Of a stretch of DNA of 64,000 nucleotides, positions 40,981-54,439 are shown one piece after another. The DNA is taken from the NCBI RefSeq assembly GCF_036321535.1, contig NC_087438.1, positions 7,752,001 through 7,816,000 of the forward strand, written 5' to 3'. The notes beneath the pieces are model-generated. The model ran no database searches. It was not told the origin of the DNA and saw only the letters and a program-made list of their open reading frames with translations. How positions within the stretch are numbered: the first letter of the stretch is position 1; each line of letters starts with the position of its first letter. This stretch comes from Camelus dromedarius (Eukaryota). The translations under genes and the position numbers were made by a program.

Positions 40981-41476
40981 CTGCTCTCTGCTTTGCTTCT
41001 CCTTGCCCTTTATTTTTCTTACAGAATATTCCTTCCCTTCTCTGTCATCTCTTCGTTCCTTCCTTCTTTAGTTGGAGACTCGGGACTGTCACCCTTGTGG
41101 GTTCTAACCAAGAAAATTAAGTGGCTGACCCCATCCCCATCCTGTGGTGAAGGGCAGATTGGCTGCTTGCTTAGCAGCTGGTGTGGCCATTTTGGGTGGA
41201 ATGGGGTGAAAATGGGAATGGTGCTGGTTACGAGTGGAACTGTGTATCTATCTCCCCCCACCCCCTGCCCATTCATAAGTTGAGGTCCTAACCCTCCTTT
41301 ACTCCAGAATGTGGCCTTCTTTGGAGATGGAGTCATTGTAGATGTCATTATTCAAGATGAGGTCATACTGGAACAGGGTAGGTCTCTAATCTGGTGTGAC
41401 TGGAGTCCTTAGAAAAAGGAGAAATTTGGAGACAGACACACACACAGGGAGAACACCATGTAAAGATGAAGGCAGA

Positions 41477-41703
41477 CCATTGACAGAGGACAGGATAAAG
41501 AAGCTGTGGTATATTTATACAATGGAATACTACTCAGCCATAAAAAATAATAAAACAATGCCATTTGCAGCAACCTGGATGGACCTTGAGATGGTCATAC
41601 TAAGCGAAGTAAGCCAGAAAGAGAAAGAAAAATACCACATGATATCACTTATATGTGGAATCTTAAGAAAGAAAGGAAGAAAGAAAGAGAGAGAAAGAGA
41701 GAG

Positions 41704-41778
<75 letters not shown>

Positions 41779-42051
41779 AGGAAGAAAGAAAGAAAGACAC
41801 TAAGGAACTTACCTGCAAAACAGAAACAGACTCACAGAAATAGTAAACAAACCTATGGTGACTGTAGGGAAAGGGGGTGGGAAGGGATAAATTGGGAGTT
41901 CAAGATTTGCAAATACTAACTACTATATATAAAATAGATAAACAACAAGTTTCTACTGTATAGCACAGGGAACTACACTGAATATCTCACAGCAACTTAT
42001 AATGGAAAAGAATATGAAAACAAATATTTCTGTTACAAATAGTTAAAAAAA
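41477..42051 (+). mobile_element. 5'-truncated L1 3' end nested in the MLT1, TSD of about 16 bp
   Basis: L1 ORF2 tail ([13 protein letters not shown]...FAATWMDLE). Flanks are TAAAGATGAAGGCAGA (41461-41476) and TAAAGATGAAGACAGA (42052-42067). Confidence 0.92.
41665..41797. repeat. (GAAA)n/(GA)n pure-purine microsatellite, 133 bp
   Basis: Read directly from the sequence. Confidence 0.97.
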
Positions 42052-43742
42052 TAAAGATGAAGACAGAGATCAAGGTGATGGTTCTACAAGCCAAGAGATG
42101 CCTCTGATGGCCAGCAAACACCAGGAGCTAGGGGAGAGACTGGACCACATTCTCCCTCCTGGTCTCAGAAGGAACCAGCCCCGCTGACACCTTCTGGCCT
42201 CCAGAACCACGAGGCAATAAATATGTGTTCTTTAATCTCCCAGTTAGCAGCATTTTGTTACAGCAGCCGCAGCAAATGAACCCACTGGGCAACATTTGGG
42301 TTTAGGTCCATATTTGGAGCGGCTCCTTTGAAGAGGAGACCACAAATAACAGTTACCTGTCTTTCACTTTATTTGACAAAATTCATGTATCCTTCGTCAT
42401 ATGTGATCCCATGTAATCTGCCACTTTACTTTCAGCATGGTCGGAAACCCCCTTGAAGGACCTCCCCAGCTTCTAGGTCTCTAAGATTAGTGTTTAAGAC
42501 AAAGTAAGCAAAAGGAAACACACATTCCTTAAATGAAAATGACGATGTTTCAGCCCGTGTCGTCGGCTGCGATCGTCGCTGTCATTACCACTGGACTCTG
42601 CTTCGTCCGACTTTGTTAGAAGGAAAACTCTCTCTGTGTCCCCCAGAGCCAGCTGTGCACAGACCCAGCTCATGGTGCAAAGACAAACTCAAGACCAATT
42701 TCTCTAGAAAGTCCTGAACAGCAACAGAAAGCCTGGGTGTTTGCGTGTGGATAATCTCCAACGTTACTGGGAACAGAGAATCAAGTTGCAATTCTGTCCT
42801 AAGCTACTCCTCTCAACGGAGTCTCCTCAGGAATTTCAGGAGTGTTAGTCAGACAGACTGCATTACAGCTAAGACCTCTGTGGCGAAGGCTGTGCTTCTC
42901 CTAGGGAAGTGAGTGACTGCAACAAGGCCATTATCCACCAAGGGGTTTATTGTCTACCTGGTAACATGCGTAGATTTGGGTATATGGAGAATTTGGGAAA
43001 CATACATCAATACTGTGACTTCGTGCGTTGGGGGGTCTGTAAAAACAGAAAACACTGCACTAAATGATGCACCATCCAATCTCTCCATCTAAACAGCAGC
43101 CATGAACAAACAGCAGAACCCACCCACCCTCAACCAACACAAACACCAGCCCCACGTCGCGAGACAGTCCTTAAAACTGAAGCCTAAGCTATTCCCCAAG
43201 TGAAGGTAGTTGCTATCAGACATTTGAATGATCTCAAATGTTAGTACTAAATTTAGCGTTATGTTGTTTTATTTTTACCATAAAAATCTTACATGCATAT
43301 TTTGGAGGGGGGGTGATGCGTTTAGTTGCCAGGGAAACTAAAAGGGTCTATGCAGATTGAGAGAAATGGTTCGGAGGGAACTGGCCACAGAAATGCTTCT
43401 GGACTGTTCTCTCATGGTGCAGTCACCTGCCCACGAGTGCTCATCATACCCTCTTGAGCCACGGACCTCCCCGCCCTGCACGGCTTCTGGGGTGAGCCCG
43501 CAGGCAGAGGAGGGTGTGCTGACTCAAGCATGGATGAGACGACACAGTGCAATCATTAATAGGGGTCGAACCTGTGCTATTTCCAGCTAATGTCGTCCGG
43601 TACCAAAAGCAGTGCTTTGGTGGGTTTCCTAGCCTTGGTGGTTTTCAGAATTATAAGACAGGAGCTAATAGTGCTGCTGGGGAGGGATGGGATGTCTCAG
43701 GTTCTCAGGGCTTCGTAGGAGATGTCTTCGCTGAATCCAGAG

Positions 43743-43960
43743 CCAGCATCTTCAGCGTGGGCACTATTACTACTTGGGCTTGGACCATGCTTTGTTGTGG
43801 GGGGCTGTCCTGTGTGCTGCGGGTTGGCCAGTGGCATCCCTGACCTCCACACACTAGATGCCAGCAGCAAATCCCCTACACCAAAAACAAAATTGTCTCC
43901 AGACTTTTCCAAATATTGCCCAGGTGGGAGGGGGAAGCTGTCCCTGGTTGAGAACCGTTG
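43743..43960. mobile_element. MER20 hAT DNA transposon
   Basis: 'ggcactatt...tttgttgtggggggctgtcctgtg...gcatccctgacctccacacactagatgccagcagc...ccctggttgagaaccgttg'. Confidence 0.88.
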
Positions 43961-43984
43961 CTCTAGAGTCACAGTGAGGGGGTC

Positions 43985-44340
43985 TCTGTCCTCTTGGCTG
44001 CTGTAACAAAATGCCACAGATTTGGTGACTTAAACAATAGGCATTTGTTTCTCACAGAACCTGAGGATGGAAAGTTCAAGATCAAGGTGCTGGGAGACTG
44101 GGTTCCTGGTGTTCCAGGCTTGTCGATAGCACTTTCCCTGTGTGCTCACACGGCCTTTCCTAGGTGCATGTGTGCCTTCTTCTCATAAGGGCACTAATCC
44201 CACCCGGAGGGGCTCGCCCTCCTGACCTCATCCTACACATCACCTCCCAGAGGTCCCGCCTCCAAATACCACCACATTGAGGTATGGACTTCACCATATG
44301 GACTGGGGGTGCAGTGCGTAAACATTCACCTCATCACATC
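43985..44340 (-). mobile_element. MaLR LTR (MLT1A-like)
   Basis: 'ggctgctgtaacaaaatgccacaga..ggtgacttaaacaa...aagttcaagatcaaggtgctg...ataagggcactaatccc...ctccaaataccaccacattg'. Confidence 0.88.
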
Positions 44341-45684
44341 AGGTAACTACTAGAAATGGGTGAATGTAAGTCACTCTCTGAAAGTCATGAGACAGTTGTA
44401 CCAAGTCGCGCTTCTTTTCACTGAAGTCTCCCCAAGTCTATTCTGTACGCCTCACTTTGCCGCAGTCACCTCGGAAGCCTCCGGAACATCACACCTCACG
44501 GACTTTGTGTGATTAGAAGGGCACACGAGGATATGATTTGGTGTAACCGACATAATACAAATTGCTTGTCAACTTTCCTCTCTCCCTGGTCTGCAGAGTG
44601 CAATATAAGAAAAATAAATGTCTAAACATGCATCGGCATGGACGGTGTACTAACTTTCTACCTGATGAATGAAAATGGAAGACTTGTCAAGCGTGTTGGA
44701 AGAACTCCCTTGCTCACCAGCGGCAAGGAAATCGCACCCTCCCCAAGGAGACCTCCAGGATCCCTTGAGTTTACACCACTCACCAGGCGTATTTACCATC
44801 TACCTGCGCATTGCGGAAGCATGTGCTCATCCTTTATCTACAAGACTGCCTGAAATTCCTGCAAGTCTGCAAATACTTTCCATTTTCCAGACACCCAACC
44901 AGTAAACGGCCTGTGTTCAATAAATAACTGGTTTCAAAACCACACGTGCAAAAGTTACGCGAAGAGTGCTTTTTCCTTAAGCAGGAATTACCTTACCGTT
45001 TATCTCTCCTGGTACTTAGTTACTTCTCTTAAATATTAAGTTTGTAAGCCACAAGCTATTTATTCTCTGTTTTAGTGAAAATACACACTGTTTTTCCCTG
45101 TGTGATTGCAGACTACAGTTAACAAATAATAATGGAAGCATTTCCAGTGCCGGGCTCATAGTAGGGCCCAACAAAAGTTCAACGAAAAAATCTAACGTGT
45201 TTAAGAAAGCATCTCCTCAGTAATCTCTTCTTAGAGATTTGTTTTGTAAATAGCTTGGACAATAGAATTCTGTATGTCTTATTAGCCCATGGAGTTTTAA
45301 CCGAATGCCTTTTTTTCTTCCTTCCCTACTAATCTCTGATCTATTTCTTTCTTCTTTCTCCGCCCAGATCTGTTGGTCCCTAGATCTGTTGACCAAAAAT
45401 CCATGAACACTTCTTTGCAAGAAACATACTTAGGGGTGTCCACCGACTCAGGGCCCAGTGGAAAATAGATCCAAGGAGACAAGATATGTTAAATCTTTCC
45501 CCCTAGCTAACTCTCTGGCTCTTAGATATTTTTTACAATTAGTGCCCACTGCTACAGACTGGCCTAAGTGTTTGACACTGAAGGGAGAAAAAACCTATGG
45601 TAGATAATTTACTCCATGTTCTCTGGTTATATGTAGCTTTATTCTAACTGTAACTAAAATTTATTTTACAGTAAAGTATTTTTA

Positions 45685-46015
45685 CAAAACAGAAATAGAC
45701 TCATAGATATAGAATACAAACTTGTGGTTGCCAAGGGGGCAGGGGGTGGGAAGGGACAGACTGGGATTTTAAAATGCAGAATAGATAAACAAGATTATAC
45801 TGTATAGCACAGGGAAATATATACAAGATCTTGTGGTAGCTCACAGCGAAAAAAAAATGTGACAATGAATATATATAGATATATATAGATATATCTATAT
45901 ATCTATATATATCTATATATATGTTCGTGTATAACTGAAAAATTGTGCTCTACACTGGAATTTGACACAACATTGTAAAATGACCATAACTCAATAAAAA
46001 ATGTTTTAAAAAAAT
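45685..46015 (+). mobile_element. Young L1 3' end (camelid L1-1_Vpa-like)
   Basis: 'aaatatatacaagatcttgtggtagctcacagcgaaaaaaaaatgtgacaatg...aaattgtgctctacactggaatttgacacaacattgtaaaatgaccataactcaataaaaaa', recalled as the camelid L1 3'UTR. Confidence 0.8.
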
Positions 46016-46074
46016 AATGTAATTTTAAAAATCAGAGCCCTGTTACCTTGTAACTTTCACATATGTCCCCACTG

Positions 46075-46620
46075 AGAGACCAAATATACAAATGGACAGT
46101 GGCCAGGCCATGTATAAAAATGGAACTTTGATCCACAACCTGCAGCCACCTGCCCAGGACACCAGCCCCTTATCTACAGTAAACCCAGGAAGCCAGCCTG
46201 CTCTAAGTCAGACTTACAGGAAAGTCACATTGTCTCCAGTGACAATCCAGGAAGCTAAATAATAACTTCTGTAACAACTGTCCCCAAATAGCTAGTACTT
46301 GATGAGTAACTGGCAGCTTCCCTAATTTAGGGACCAACTTAAAACTAACCAGAGAAAGCCAGCTGGTTAATGAACCCCTAACCAATCATACAGGATGCCC
46401 CACTTCTCTTAGCCCTACTCCAATTTCCCCAGGCCCACAGCCTCCCATCAGGGCACACTGGAAGCCTCCCCTTTTCTCCACTATGAAGCTCTCCCTCTCC
46501 CTTGCCTGCCTATGAGTCTCTGCTAAACACAAGTGATGGTGGTTGACTCCCTGGCTAGAGGGAGCTCAGAACAGACAGCCTCTGCTTTTTCCATTGGGTT
46601 GGTCTTTGTTCATTTCTGCA
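46075..46620 (+). mobile_element. ERV solo LTR (ERV1-like, family not determined)
   Basis: TG start 'tgagagaccaaata', U3-like motifs 'gatccacaacctgcagccacc...aaccaatca', and R/U5-like 'gagtctctgctaaacacaagtgatggt...ttggtctttgttcatttc'. Confidence 0.7.
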
Positions 46621-47959
46621 CCACCCACCCCACCAGCATGAGCAGGTGTGCATTCTTGAGCAGACTGCCCAGACTGGCTGGTGGCCTTCCCTCCCAAAGG
46701 TCTCAAGGAGGCTCTTCATTTTAAAAATGCTGCCAACTCTAACAACATCTGCCCAATGGCTATGAGCGCCGGGGGGCGGGGGGGCATCCCTGAAGAGCAG
46801 AATGTGCAGAGAGATACAGGAGCGAACGGAAATGGAAGGGAATTCTGGATGGGACAAAAGCCATCAGCTACACTGCAATTCGGCCAGGACAACGAGCGTG
46901 TGAGCAGTGGACCCGTACTCCCTGGTTAACTTCACTCATCACGGTGGGGAGTGGAGCCGAACTGACAAGAACCGTGGCCCTGACGGACGGGAGCTTCAAC
47001 CGCCCAGTGAGCCACTGGTTCAGTCTCCTGCGTTTGGAATTTCTCTTGCATGTCCACCTCTAGTGGAAAGAACATGAGAAACAGAAAAATGCAGGCCTTT
47101 GACACTTACAAGTCTGTAGGATATATGACGATGCTCTGACACTAGGAGATCAGAATTGTGAAAGACTTTATGAGAACTGAGACATTGCCCTCTGCTTTTA
47201 TAGAATTCAAGGTGTTTTTAGCTACAGCTTCGGTAATGTCTGCTCTCTATGAACTTAAAGCATGAATACCGATTGTTGGTTCATTCAACAAATATTTATT
47301 GACAGTGTGAGATTTTCTTGGCCTTGGATTTATTTAGAAGGCAAACAGACGTGTCATGATCAGACCTGTGTCCCAAAGCAACTGACAATAAACTTCATAA
47401 TAAATTTTACTTAAAAAACACTCAACTTTTGCTCATTGTTTCTTCCCAACTTAAAGCTGTGCATTTAATAAATCTTGTCACCCCATTACGTTTATTTTCT
47501 GTGAACTCCTGCAGCACATAAAGTGTGCACTGTACCTGGATATCTGTGTGAAGTGTGCTTTCTTGAGCTAGGGTTTGGTTTCGAGCTGAAGCGGTCCCAC
47601 TCCCTGAGAGCAGAGACCCCCATCACACTTTCCATGCCTACTTGGGAGGGAGTAATTGAGTGTGGCGGGAGAGATGAGGACACTGGAGCCCAAAGGCTGT
47701 TAAAGTTAAATAAAAATGAATTTTGGATCATTGATAGCTTTGTGTTACCTGAACTTCTATTTCATCTCCAGGTCATCTGGCTAACTGTCCACAACGAAAC
47801 AGAGCACTTCTCGAGATGCAGGTACCCTTTTGGGCCACAGAGAACCCTCTGCCCCCGACTCTCAACTCCTTGCCATCCCTTCCTGCGCGCACACAGCATG
47901 GACAGGGAGAATTCATGTGTGGCTGACTGTCTCATGAACGTCACTTAATTATCTCACTG

Positions 47960-48300
47960 TTCTCATAAGAGCACCTACTATTCCTGGAGACTTTTGCCCA
48001 GGTAAACAACTTGGCTGTTCAACACGGAAATTCTGGGAAACACCCATGAGGTCTTCCATGGAAAGCATCAACAGTCTGTGCCTGTGAAGCAAGCCCTGAA
48101 TCCCGAGCTGCGGCAAGTCTTAGCATCAAAAGACCGCCTCATTAAGAGCTTCAACTACGTCTGACATCACCTCCCCACCCTGAGGCACTGACAAGGCTCC
48201 ACTGAGCGGTGCTGTCCCTTCCCACGATGAGCAATGAACTCAACTTTGTTTTAGCAGCAGGTTGTGCCTGACTGTGAGATTTGGAGGAGCCAGCACTGAC
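47960..48300 (+). mobile_element. Possible old ERV LTR fragment
   Basis: 'cccttcccacgatgagcaatgaactcaactttgtttt...gtttggaggagcc'-like R/U5 pattern. Confidence 0.4.
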
Positions 48301-49026
48301 GCCACTGAGGACCATTTTCTTCTCAAGAGAAACTCAAGTGAGAAAGAGCATTTGAAGTAACAAGCCTTGTGTTCTTCTCCTTACTAGATATGCTGTAAAG
48401 AACTGTTGGGTGACACTTAAGGTTTGTACGTTTCCATTAAGAAGGTGGTATTTTTGGTCTGTGCTTGTAACGCTTTGTTTTCCCACCATGAGTTGATTTA
48501 TTTCTTCTTATTTAGGATAAACCAGCCCCAAGCAGGGCAACAGCTAGTTTAGTTTTAGATTTAATCAGCCTCTTTTAACGATATGACTGAATGCAGGCAG
48601 TTTTCTGGAAGTTTCAAAGAGAAATTAGACTAGGAAAAGGATGCTCAGCATGCTTTGCTGTAGGCTAGCTGCCAGGCCAACTTAATCTCAGATGACTAAT
48701 CGATCTGGTCTCATTTGAAGCTTAAAGTAAAGGTGCTTTCCTTTTTTTTCCTTTTCTAGTAATTTCTTTCGAGGCTTTGATGTTTTTGTAAGTGGAGGCA
48801 AGCTTATCAGAGAAGTTTCAGAGGGGAAAAAAAGAAACCTTAAATGGTGCCAGGAGTGAAAGAGGTGAATTTCAGTGTCTGTAGGAAGAGGCTGAGCTCT
48901 TTGGTACAAAACGCAGCATACTCGGTACCAAAGAAGGAATTCAGCCACCCTGGATGACGCACTCAGATCCTTCCTGAGAATCCTCATCTCAAAGGATTTG
49001 CCTAAAAATGTACTTTTTACCTGAGG

Positions 49027-49116
49027 TTTTTTTTTTTTTTTTTTTTTTAACATTTTATTGAAGCATAGTCAATTTACAATGTTGTGTTAGTTTCTGGGTT
49101 ACAGCATAGTGACTCA

Positions 49117-49176
<60 letters not shown>

Positions 49177-49275
49177 CTTTCATATTATTTTTCATTATAG
49201 GTTATTACAAGGTATTAAATATAGTTCCCTGCGCTCCACAGTAGGACCTTGTTGTTTATCTATGTTACATAAAGT
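49027..49275 (-). mobile_element. Short L1 3' end with poly(T) and a (TA)~26 microsatellite (49121-49173)
   Basis: T-run followed by 'ttttattgaagcatagtcaatttacaatgttgtgttagtttctgg...atagttccctgcgct..acagtaggaccttgttgtttatc'. Confidence 0.9.
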
Positions 49276-50059
49276 AGTTAAACTGGGAGTTTAGAATTTG
49301 CAGACACTTGCTGAGATTTTTTCTGGCTTCACTGGAGACACCACACAATGGCCCCTTTTGGTACACGACGTAGACAATTCAGAGACAGTGGCACATCAAA
49401 GAGAGGCTCGGACGGAACCCCTTGGAGAGGGTACTTGTGCCAAGTCACAAGTATATTGGATCTGCCACTCTGTCTTCACGTGTCTGAATCTGAGGCAAGC
49501 TTGTTTTGGTAATTAAAGCATGGCATTCTTGGCAGTTTTTTCCTCTCGAACTTAGGGAATAACAAAGCAGGCTCTTTTTCTTTATCAAACTCCACACATG
49601 TGCACGGCGACATAATTATGGGTACTTGGGATTCCAGCTACTTGTGCTGTTTGCAGATAGTTCTTTATTGCCAACGCTTTCCCTGACTGTTCCCTTAGTT
49701 ACCAGAGGGCTTCGCAGAAGAATAGAGACATGATGGCCAAACAGAGTTTTAGTGAAAGGAGTACGTTTCTTATTGGGAAAAACAATTTTAAGCATCTGCA
49801 TAAAGAAGATTTGTGCCGGTAATAAAACGAAAAATGGGGTTTGGAGGAAAGGCCTCATCTCAACAGGCCTGAGATCACCTTAAATATACTGAGAGTTTTT
49901 AATCCCTCACAGAACAGAGACACTGAATAATAACCGTTGCCTGGGAGCCTCCACGGAACCAAGGGAGACCCACGCCGTAGCAGAAGCAGGAAGGACGGTT
50001 ACTACTAGCTAGGACTAGCACTCCTGCTATTGCCATGAGGCATAAGACTGATGATCATC

Positions 50060-50240
50060 AGTGAACATTAATTCAGGGCCCGCCGAGCTCCAAGTGTGGC
50101 TCTGAGTACTCTGTAGGTTTCACTTCCATTTCAAGGCTGTTGTATGAGGTCAGCGCTATTCTGTCGAACAAGAAGCATCAAAGGCACAGAGAAGGTAAGT
50201 AACCTGCCCAAGTGCACAGCACCCGTCACTGAGCCAGAGG
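50060..50240 (-). mobile_element. MIR SINE
   Basis: 'aggcacagagaaggtaagtaacctgcccaagtgcacagc...gagccagag'. Confidence 0.7.
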
Positions 50241-51014
50241 CGAAAGGCCAGCAAGGGGAAAAGATACCAAAAGGAACATCAGAGATGCCAAGGGAGGGAG
50301 CACGAGAGACATTTCCCACTACTTTCATCAGGGGTTCCCGGCAAACCGCACCTCGTGGTTCCAGCCCAAGTGTTTCAGCTCTCAGCCCTCAACCTCACCG
50401 CTCTTCCCAGTCCTCGCCCCCAACCCCAGGCAGCACACCTCCCTCCCTCTTCCCCTTGAAAAGAGCACTTGCCTTTGGCCTGGCGCTGCTGTGAGTGAAG
50501 TTGGTAAAATCTGAAGGCTTGCGACACAGAGGACACATTTCAGGGTCTTCACAACGACTCAGGGTCTTTGCAGGAGGACCACTTATTTTTCTTTATTATA
50601 ATAATGTCCTCATGAAGAGCTGCTTGCCCCGCACTAAGAGGTTCCAGATAAGCTCTGTGTTTACATGCATCCAAAGAGTATTTATATTTCCCTTCTATAG
50701 TATTGCCTGCTTATTTCTGTTTAGTACTTTTCACGTACTCTCTGATGGCAAACAGCAGACTGAGAGCTTCGTCATGGCTTCTGAGGACAACGCGTGGCTT
50801 CCTGACAGCCCTTCGCCTGGCTGAAGCTTTAACAAACGTGAACAGTCAGATTTTCCACCTGCCACGTGAATGCTTGCTTGAGGTCCGGCAAGACCTAAAT
50901 CATTTCTTTCACATCATAGGCTTGATTAAGGAATGAACAAAGCAAAAAGTCTGGGAAAAGAAGGTCAAGGACCTCGGAACTCTAGCCATAAAGTAAGGCT
51001 TTCTAAACAAATAC

Positions 51015-51415
51015 TCTCGGGATCTTAAAAGGACCCAACAGAATGGCATGAAGAGTATTTTAAACTGGAGATGTCTGAGATACAGAAGATGCCGGAAAAA
51101 GCCTTTTCTGAGCTCCTCTTATCTGACTAAAGTCAGAGCTTTCTGAGAAGGAAGATGCCATAAATCCTCCGGCCCGGGGAGCTTCCAGCCAAGGAGACGG
51201 ACCGTCAGCACTGTCAGGAGCAACTGCATAACCAGACTTTACAGAAGCTGCTCTACCTTCCAGCTGTTCCCCCTAGAAGCCCCATGTCCCCGCTCCTTCC
51301 CACTATTAAGCTGGTACACAAACCATTACTCTTGGCTGTTCGGTGAATCACTCAGATTGCTGAGTATCCCGCATGCATGTGAATAAACTCTGTCTTTTCT
51401 CCTGCGACCCTATTG
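51015..51415 (+). mobile_element. ERV1 LTR (MER34/MER39-like)
   Basis: 'atggcatgaagagtattttaaactggag..tgagatacagaagatgc..aaaaagccttttctgagct' and poly(A) signal region 'gtgaataaactctgtcttttctcctg'. Confidence 0.65.
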
Positions 51416-52534
51416 TAACAAATAACCTGCACCCCCGCCCCCCACCCCTGCCCACTAAGGCTAAGTTAGTAGCAAAAGTTTTCCCCTCAACAGTCTGATC
51501 CGAAGCCAGGACCTGGGTGTTGCTCCTACGTACGGCACATGCACGGCTCCTGGTAGCCAGTGCTGGGTTGTTCCAGAGGTTCGCTGGGCTTGGTGGTATT
51601 GTACTAAGTGGCCTTTGGCTTTAGAGAAAGAAAACACATTTAAGGGGGAGCAGAGGTTAGGGAGATTGAGCTGCTGTTGGCCTACACTTGAGAGCATTGT
51701 GAATGGTGATGTGTGACGGGGACCACAGTGGGAATGTCACAGCCACCTGGCCAGACATGGTCGGCTAGTGTGGGATGTCTGTGGATGCTGAAGCCAGAGG
51801 AGGCCGACCTGCAGTAGCAAGTTGGCTTTGAGCTGGTTTCCTGGCTGCAGAAAGAGTCGGCTGCCCTGGTCACAGCCCACACAGGTTCTTAGATACACCA
51901 GCTCCTGCGGATTGAGACCTAAGCTGGGACCCCGGGCCACAGAGCTGGGGCAGGGCTGTCTTCCATCATTGGGCCTTTGCTAGGTACATGCTGGAATCAA
52001 AATTCGATGTTTCAGCAACAAGTTTCCTTTCTGAGAGTAAGTCTCCCCCTTCTCAATACTATTAGTGAATCTTCTTTTGAGAACCTAAATAAAGGACATC
52101 GTGGAATCACAGTCCCTAGCATGATGCCCTGAAAATGGCAATTACTCAGTGAATGTTCACTGACTGAGTTAACTTCATTGCTAAAGAAATATTGACAGAT
52201 CAGATGTAGAATAAATATATTTCAATGAATCTGGGAAAAATGTAGTTTTATTCCCAGGTTTAGTGTTACAGAACCTGAAAGAGTTCAGACGACTTATTTC
52301 CAAATAATGACGTTTCTCCTCCAAGTCGCTTATGTGTCTTAAATTTGTGGGTTCTTCGCGCAATCTTCATGGCCCTTGAGTCTTCTGAAGGTGCTAATAC
52401 TTTCTGTAAATAATAATTTAGAGTTCTGTAAGAAGTAGCCGAGTGAGAGTGAGAAGGGCAGGATGCGTTCATAGGAGGAAACGCTGGCCTAGTGAGAGCT
52501 AACACAGTACAATGTATTTGATGCTCCACCTTGA

Positions 52535-52670
52535 TCAGTATCAGAATTTCCCATGAAGCTTTGGAGACATAGAGATGCTCAGGCTCCAGGCCTGAGACTC
52601 AGACTTACGAGGCCTGGGGTCAAGTCAGGACATGTGCTGTTGTGAATATTTCCAAAGGTGATTCCACTTT
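52535..52670. mobile_element. MER5-like DNA transposon fragment
   Basis: 'atcagaatt..ccatgaagctt...agatgctcaggctcc...tcaga...ggggtcaagtcagga...ttccaaaggtgattc'. Confidence 0.6.
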
Positions 52671-54439
52671 GAGCCTTTTCCATTTAATCGCTGTGCGTGG
52701 AATCCCCGCCTTGTGCTGTGTTGTTGTGACATATGTGTATCTATATAACCATGACCATCCTTTAACCTGCGTTATGGAAGATCATATGCCTTCACCAACA
52801 TCCTCCAACTCATGTCCCTAAGTTTGGGGCAGCCTTCCCAGGATGCCAGCAAAGCCAGAAAACAGCCTCACTGATGGAGCAGCTAGGAAACCAGAGGAAA
52901 CTGGAAGCCGACAGGAAGAATACTGATGGTTTCATGGGGTGGGTTGTGTGGATCCTCAGTACTACACAGCCGGCTCTCAGTTATGAGCAAACAAATGCAC
53001 ACTTTCTGCTGGGAATTTGAAAGCAGAACTACCATGATTTTCCATTTCCCGTGAGTCACATCAATCTCTAAAAATGGCTTGGGACAAAAATCACATTGCT
53101 TATGAAAACTCTGGTGGCACAGAAAGATCCAGTGACACATAAGATTAAGAAAATCATTCAGCCATAGCCAACTAAAATTCAAATGAATGGGAAAAAGTAT
53201 TCAATTTATAAGAAAAAAAAATCACAGCAAGTCTCTGCTTCCAATATCTATATCTACATCCCTATCTGTCTGTCTATCTATCGATCTATATCTATCTACC
53301 AACAGACTAGTAATTTTGTTGAGCCTTACTTAGGACTGCAAAAGAAGGAGGAAATAAAATATTTTTTTCCTGCAAAATAAGGCAAGCTTATACAAGGTGT
53401 CTCTAAGGGTTCTCTATCAATTAGATTTATATCTCCTGGAAGTGTCTCCCTCACTGCAGGCTATCCTCACTTCTAAACGTTTGACAAAGTCTGCTGCCAA
53501 GACCTGCACACTGCTGAAAAATGGGAGACAGGTTCACTACCAGGGCATTTGTCTGAGCGGTGCCAAGGGAAGGTAGCTACCCCTGCTGTGTTTATAAATG
53601 CACCGGCAAAGGAGCGTTTCCATACATTTTCATTATACTATACCCCACAGATAAACAACTTGGCATCTCACATATAGACCCTTAAAAACAATTTCTGCCA
53701 CATGGAAAACTGAACAAGATAGAGTGACTAAGGGATGCTGTTCTGTTCGTCAGGATCCATCGGTTCCCAGAAGCACTATAATGAGGGATGACTACACACA
53801 CACACACAAGTTACCTGACAGATGAGACTTTCAGTAGTAAAATGTGACTATGCAGCATAATGAGCCTTCAGGAACTAAAAGGAAAACAAATAATAGCCAA
53901 CGAGAGAGTCTGGACCGGAGGATGGAAACCCAGACTGCTCATCAACCTCACCTCATTGCCCCTCTCCCCACCCCAACGCCATGCTGTCTCCTGGGCGGGA
54001 TCAACAGGAATGACGTAGTGCGTGAATAAGCTGTTGCTCACTTTCCTTAAACCAAGAAAACAAACTTAAAAGTGCTCCACGGTAAGCCCTACAGATAATT
54101 CTAAAATTACTGGAACATCTGTGGTCTTATACTTTTTAGTAGCACTCACGAAAGAAACACCATGATGTCTTTCTTGTTTGCTTTATTCAAAGGAGAAAAA
54201 AAAAGAATAAGATTATGTAAGAAACCTATCTTTGGTTAATGAGCCAAGACATGCTTGTCTACCTGTGGCTAGGCATCTGATTTTAAGATTAGGCTTCCTG
54301 TCGCTGTCTCTGTATTTAGAGAGTTAAAATAATTGGACCATGACTTTAAATATCTTTTTTTTTCTCCCACTGATGATGCACCAATTCATACATTAGTCCT
54401 GAGCATCAAATCCATTTCTCCCATTTTCTGTTACAAAAG

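Larger units (their letters stand above)
41240..42285 (+). mobile_element. MaLR LTR (MLT1C-like) interrupted by an L1
   Basis: 'gatgaggtcatactgga...ggagaaatttggagacagacacacac' resumes after the L1 as 'caagccaagagatgcc...ccagcaaacaccaggagctagg...ttgttacagcagcc'. Confidence 0.85.

Noticed and set aside
41396..41919. Lys/Glu/Arg-rich ORFs
   Set aside because: Translations of L1 ORF2 tail plus the (GAAA)n microsatellite.
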